Shown: piece by piece, positions 29,437 through 32,000 of the stretch
Position numbering within the stretch: the first letter of the stretch is position 1
Layout of the letters: each line of letters opens with the position of its first letter
Origin: Raphidiopsis brookii D9
GTDB lineage: Bacteria; Cyanobacteriota; Cyanobacteriia; Cyanobacteriales; Nostocaceae
NCBI GenBank assembly: GCA_000175855.1
Contig: ACYB01000047.1
Span: 1-32,000, forward strand
Length of the DNA: 32,000 nucleotides
Reading direction: 5' to 3'
Position numbers and translations under genes: made by a program
The notes under the pieces: model-generated
Database searches by the model: none
What the model saw: only the letters and a program-made list of their open reading frames with translations
What the model was told of the DNA's origin: nothing

Positions 29437-30726
29437 TTAAAGCACCCGTAAAATGCTAGGAATGCTATCTATGGCTTCCATGGTGTGGATTTCGTCTAGG
29501 GATTGTCTGAAATCACCTTCTTTGACATGGTGGGTAACAACAACAATTTCTGCCATTCCCCCCTGAAAACCAGTTTGCACCACAGATTCTAAACTTACTT
29601 CATATTTACCAAAGCAAGTCCCCAATTTACCAATCACCCCTGGGTGGTCTTTAGTCAGAAATCGAGCATAGAACCGGGTAACTAGTTGGGATATGGGGGC
29701 TATGTGACAGTATTCCTTATGTCTACAGGATAAGAGTGGATTAGCTTGCGCAGTATTAGTCTTGATTGTTGCTACTAGATTTAAGATATCTGAACAAACT
29801 GCACTCCCCGTAGGACCAGCACCAGCTCCCGGTCCGAAAAACATCACTTGACCTATAGGTTCCCCCTCTACTAGAATGGCATTGTAAACACCATTGATAC
29901 TAGCTAGAGGGTGGGTTTGAGAAACTAGGGTGGGGTGAACTCTCACTGACAGCGAGGATTTGTCACCTGTTTGATTTTTGGCAATGGCTAGCAGTTTAAT
30001 CACAAATCCTAATTTGCCAGCGTAGGTAATGTCTGTTTTCGTGACTTGACGAATCCCTTCACAATAAACATCTTGTAAGTTAATCCTCTCCCCAAACCCC
30101 AATGAGGCTAGAATAGCAATCTTATCCCCAGCGTCTAAACCATCAATATCAGCAGTGGGATCCGCTTCCGCATATCCCAGTCTTTGTGCATCAGCTAGTA
30201 CTTCTTCTAGTTCACTCCCTTCCGTCTGCATCCTCGTGAGAATGTAATTGGTAGTGCCATTCACAATACCAATAATACTATAAACCTTATTGACACTTAA
30301 AGACTGCTTTAAGGTTTTAATGACAGGAATGCCACCAGCTACGGCAGCTTCAAACATAACATATACACCAGCAGCATTGGCAGCAGTAAATATTTCTTCT
30401 CCAAATCGTGAAATTACAGCCTTGTTCGCTGTTACTACGTGTTTACCATTTCTAATAGCCTCCAGAATGAGCGATCGCGCAGGTTCCAATCCACCCATCA
30501 GCTCAACAATGATATCTATCTGAGGGTCATTGACAATAGCTGATAAATCCCCACTGAGGATTTCTGGGGGTAAGGTCACTGGGCGTGATTTGTCTGGCGA
30601 TCGCACACCTATGCGACATATTTCCACTTCCTGTAACAGTGGGTGACGACCTTGCAAGTCCTGTAACAGTTGTACAGTTCCCGTTCCCACCGTACCCAAT
30701 CCTAAGATTCCTAATTTTACGCCCAC
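29437..30726 (-). CDS. hom: Homoserine dehydrogenase
   Basis: 429-aa ORF: GVKLGILGLGTVGTGTVQLL, GKHVVTANKAVI, FEAAVAGGIPVI, GIVNGTTNYILT, ACT-like C-terminus. Confidence 0.96.
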   Translation of the reverse strand: MGVKLGILGLGTVGTGTVQLLQDLQGRHPLLQEVEICRIGVRSPDKSRPVTLPPEILSGDLSAIVNDPQIDIIVELMGGLEPARSLILEAIRNGKHVVTANKAVISRFGEEIFTAANAAGVYVMFEAAVAGGIPVIKTLKQSLSVNKVYSIIGIVNGTTNYILTRMQTEGSELEEVLADAQRLGYAEADPTADIDGLDAGDKIAILASLGFGERINLQDVYCEGIRQVTKTDITYAGKLGFVIKLLAIAKNQTGDKSSLSVRVHPTLVSQTHPLASINGVYNAILVEGEPIGQVMFFGPGAGAGPTGSAVCSDILNLVATIKTNTAQANPLLSCRHKEYCHIAPISQLVTRFYARFLTKDHPGVIGKLGTCFGKYEVSLESVVQTGFQGGMAEIVVVTHHVKEGDFRQSLDEIHTMEAIDSIPSILRVL

Positions 30727-30826
30727 GGATTTGGCATCCTACTACATACAAAACACCATAAAACAATTGTAGGTGGGATGGAACTCCACCTACAAACTTG
30801 CACACAAAAATTGGGAAACAAGGTCA

Positions 30827-32000
<1,174 letters not shown>

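Overview
Ordinary chromosomal core region of a filamentous (Nostocales-type) cyanobacterium. That call rests on at least 12 HIP1 (GCGATCGC) sites, crtP-crtB, petH, a Tic20-like gene, and cyanobacterial small proteins. Gene order: purH(+), recG-hyp-tsf-rpsB(-), a large SNF2-family helicase(+), GT2(-), argG(+), DedA(-), STAS(+), coiled-coil hyp and rpsF(-), FAH-family hydrolase(+), Tic20-like(-), small Cys-rich protein(-), glyA(+), cinA(+), small conserved hyp(+), tRNA-Lys(CTT)(+), 78-aa double-glycine-type peptide(+), GH3/nagZ(-), crtP-crtB(+), pcrA/uvrD(-), CAAD protein(+), hom(-), petH(- and partial at the window edge). I see no CRISPR array, transposase, prophage, or obvious defence or BGC island. 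The best second-look signals are: (i) three core genes (cinA, pcrA, petH) each broken by a single-base change in an A/T homopolymer; (ii) a perfect 23-bp tandem duplication that pushes the likely ATG of a small CxxC protein out of frame; (iii) a 78-aa ORF with a double-glycine-like leader and its own SD and terminator-like hairpin; (iv) a hairpin preceded by CCG in the rpsF leader, resembling the S6:S18 motif; (v) an internal petH start matching the short FNR isoform; (vi) several strong intergenic hairpins without U-tracts. I found no convincing new biological system.
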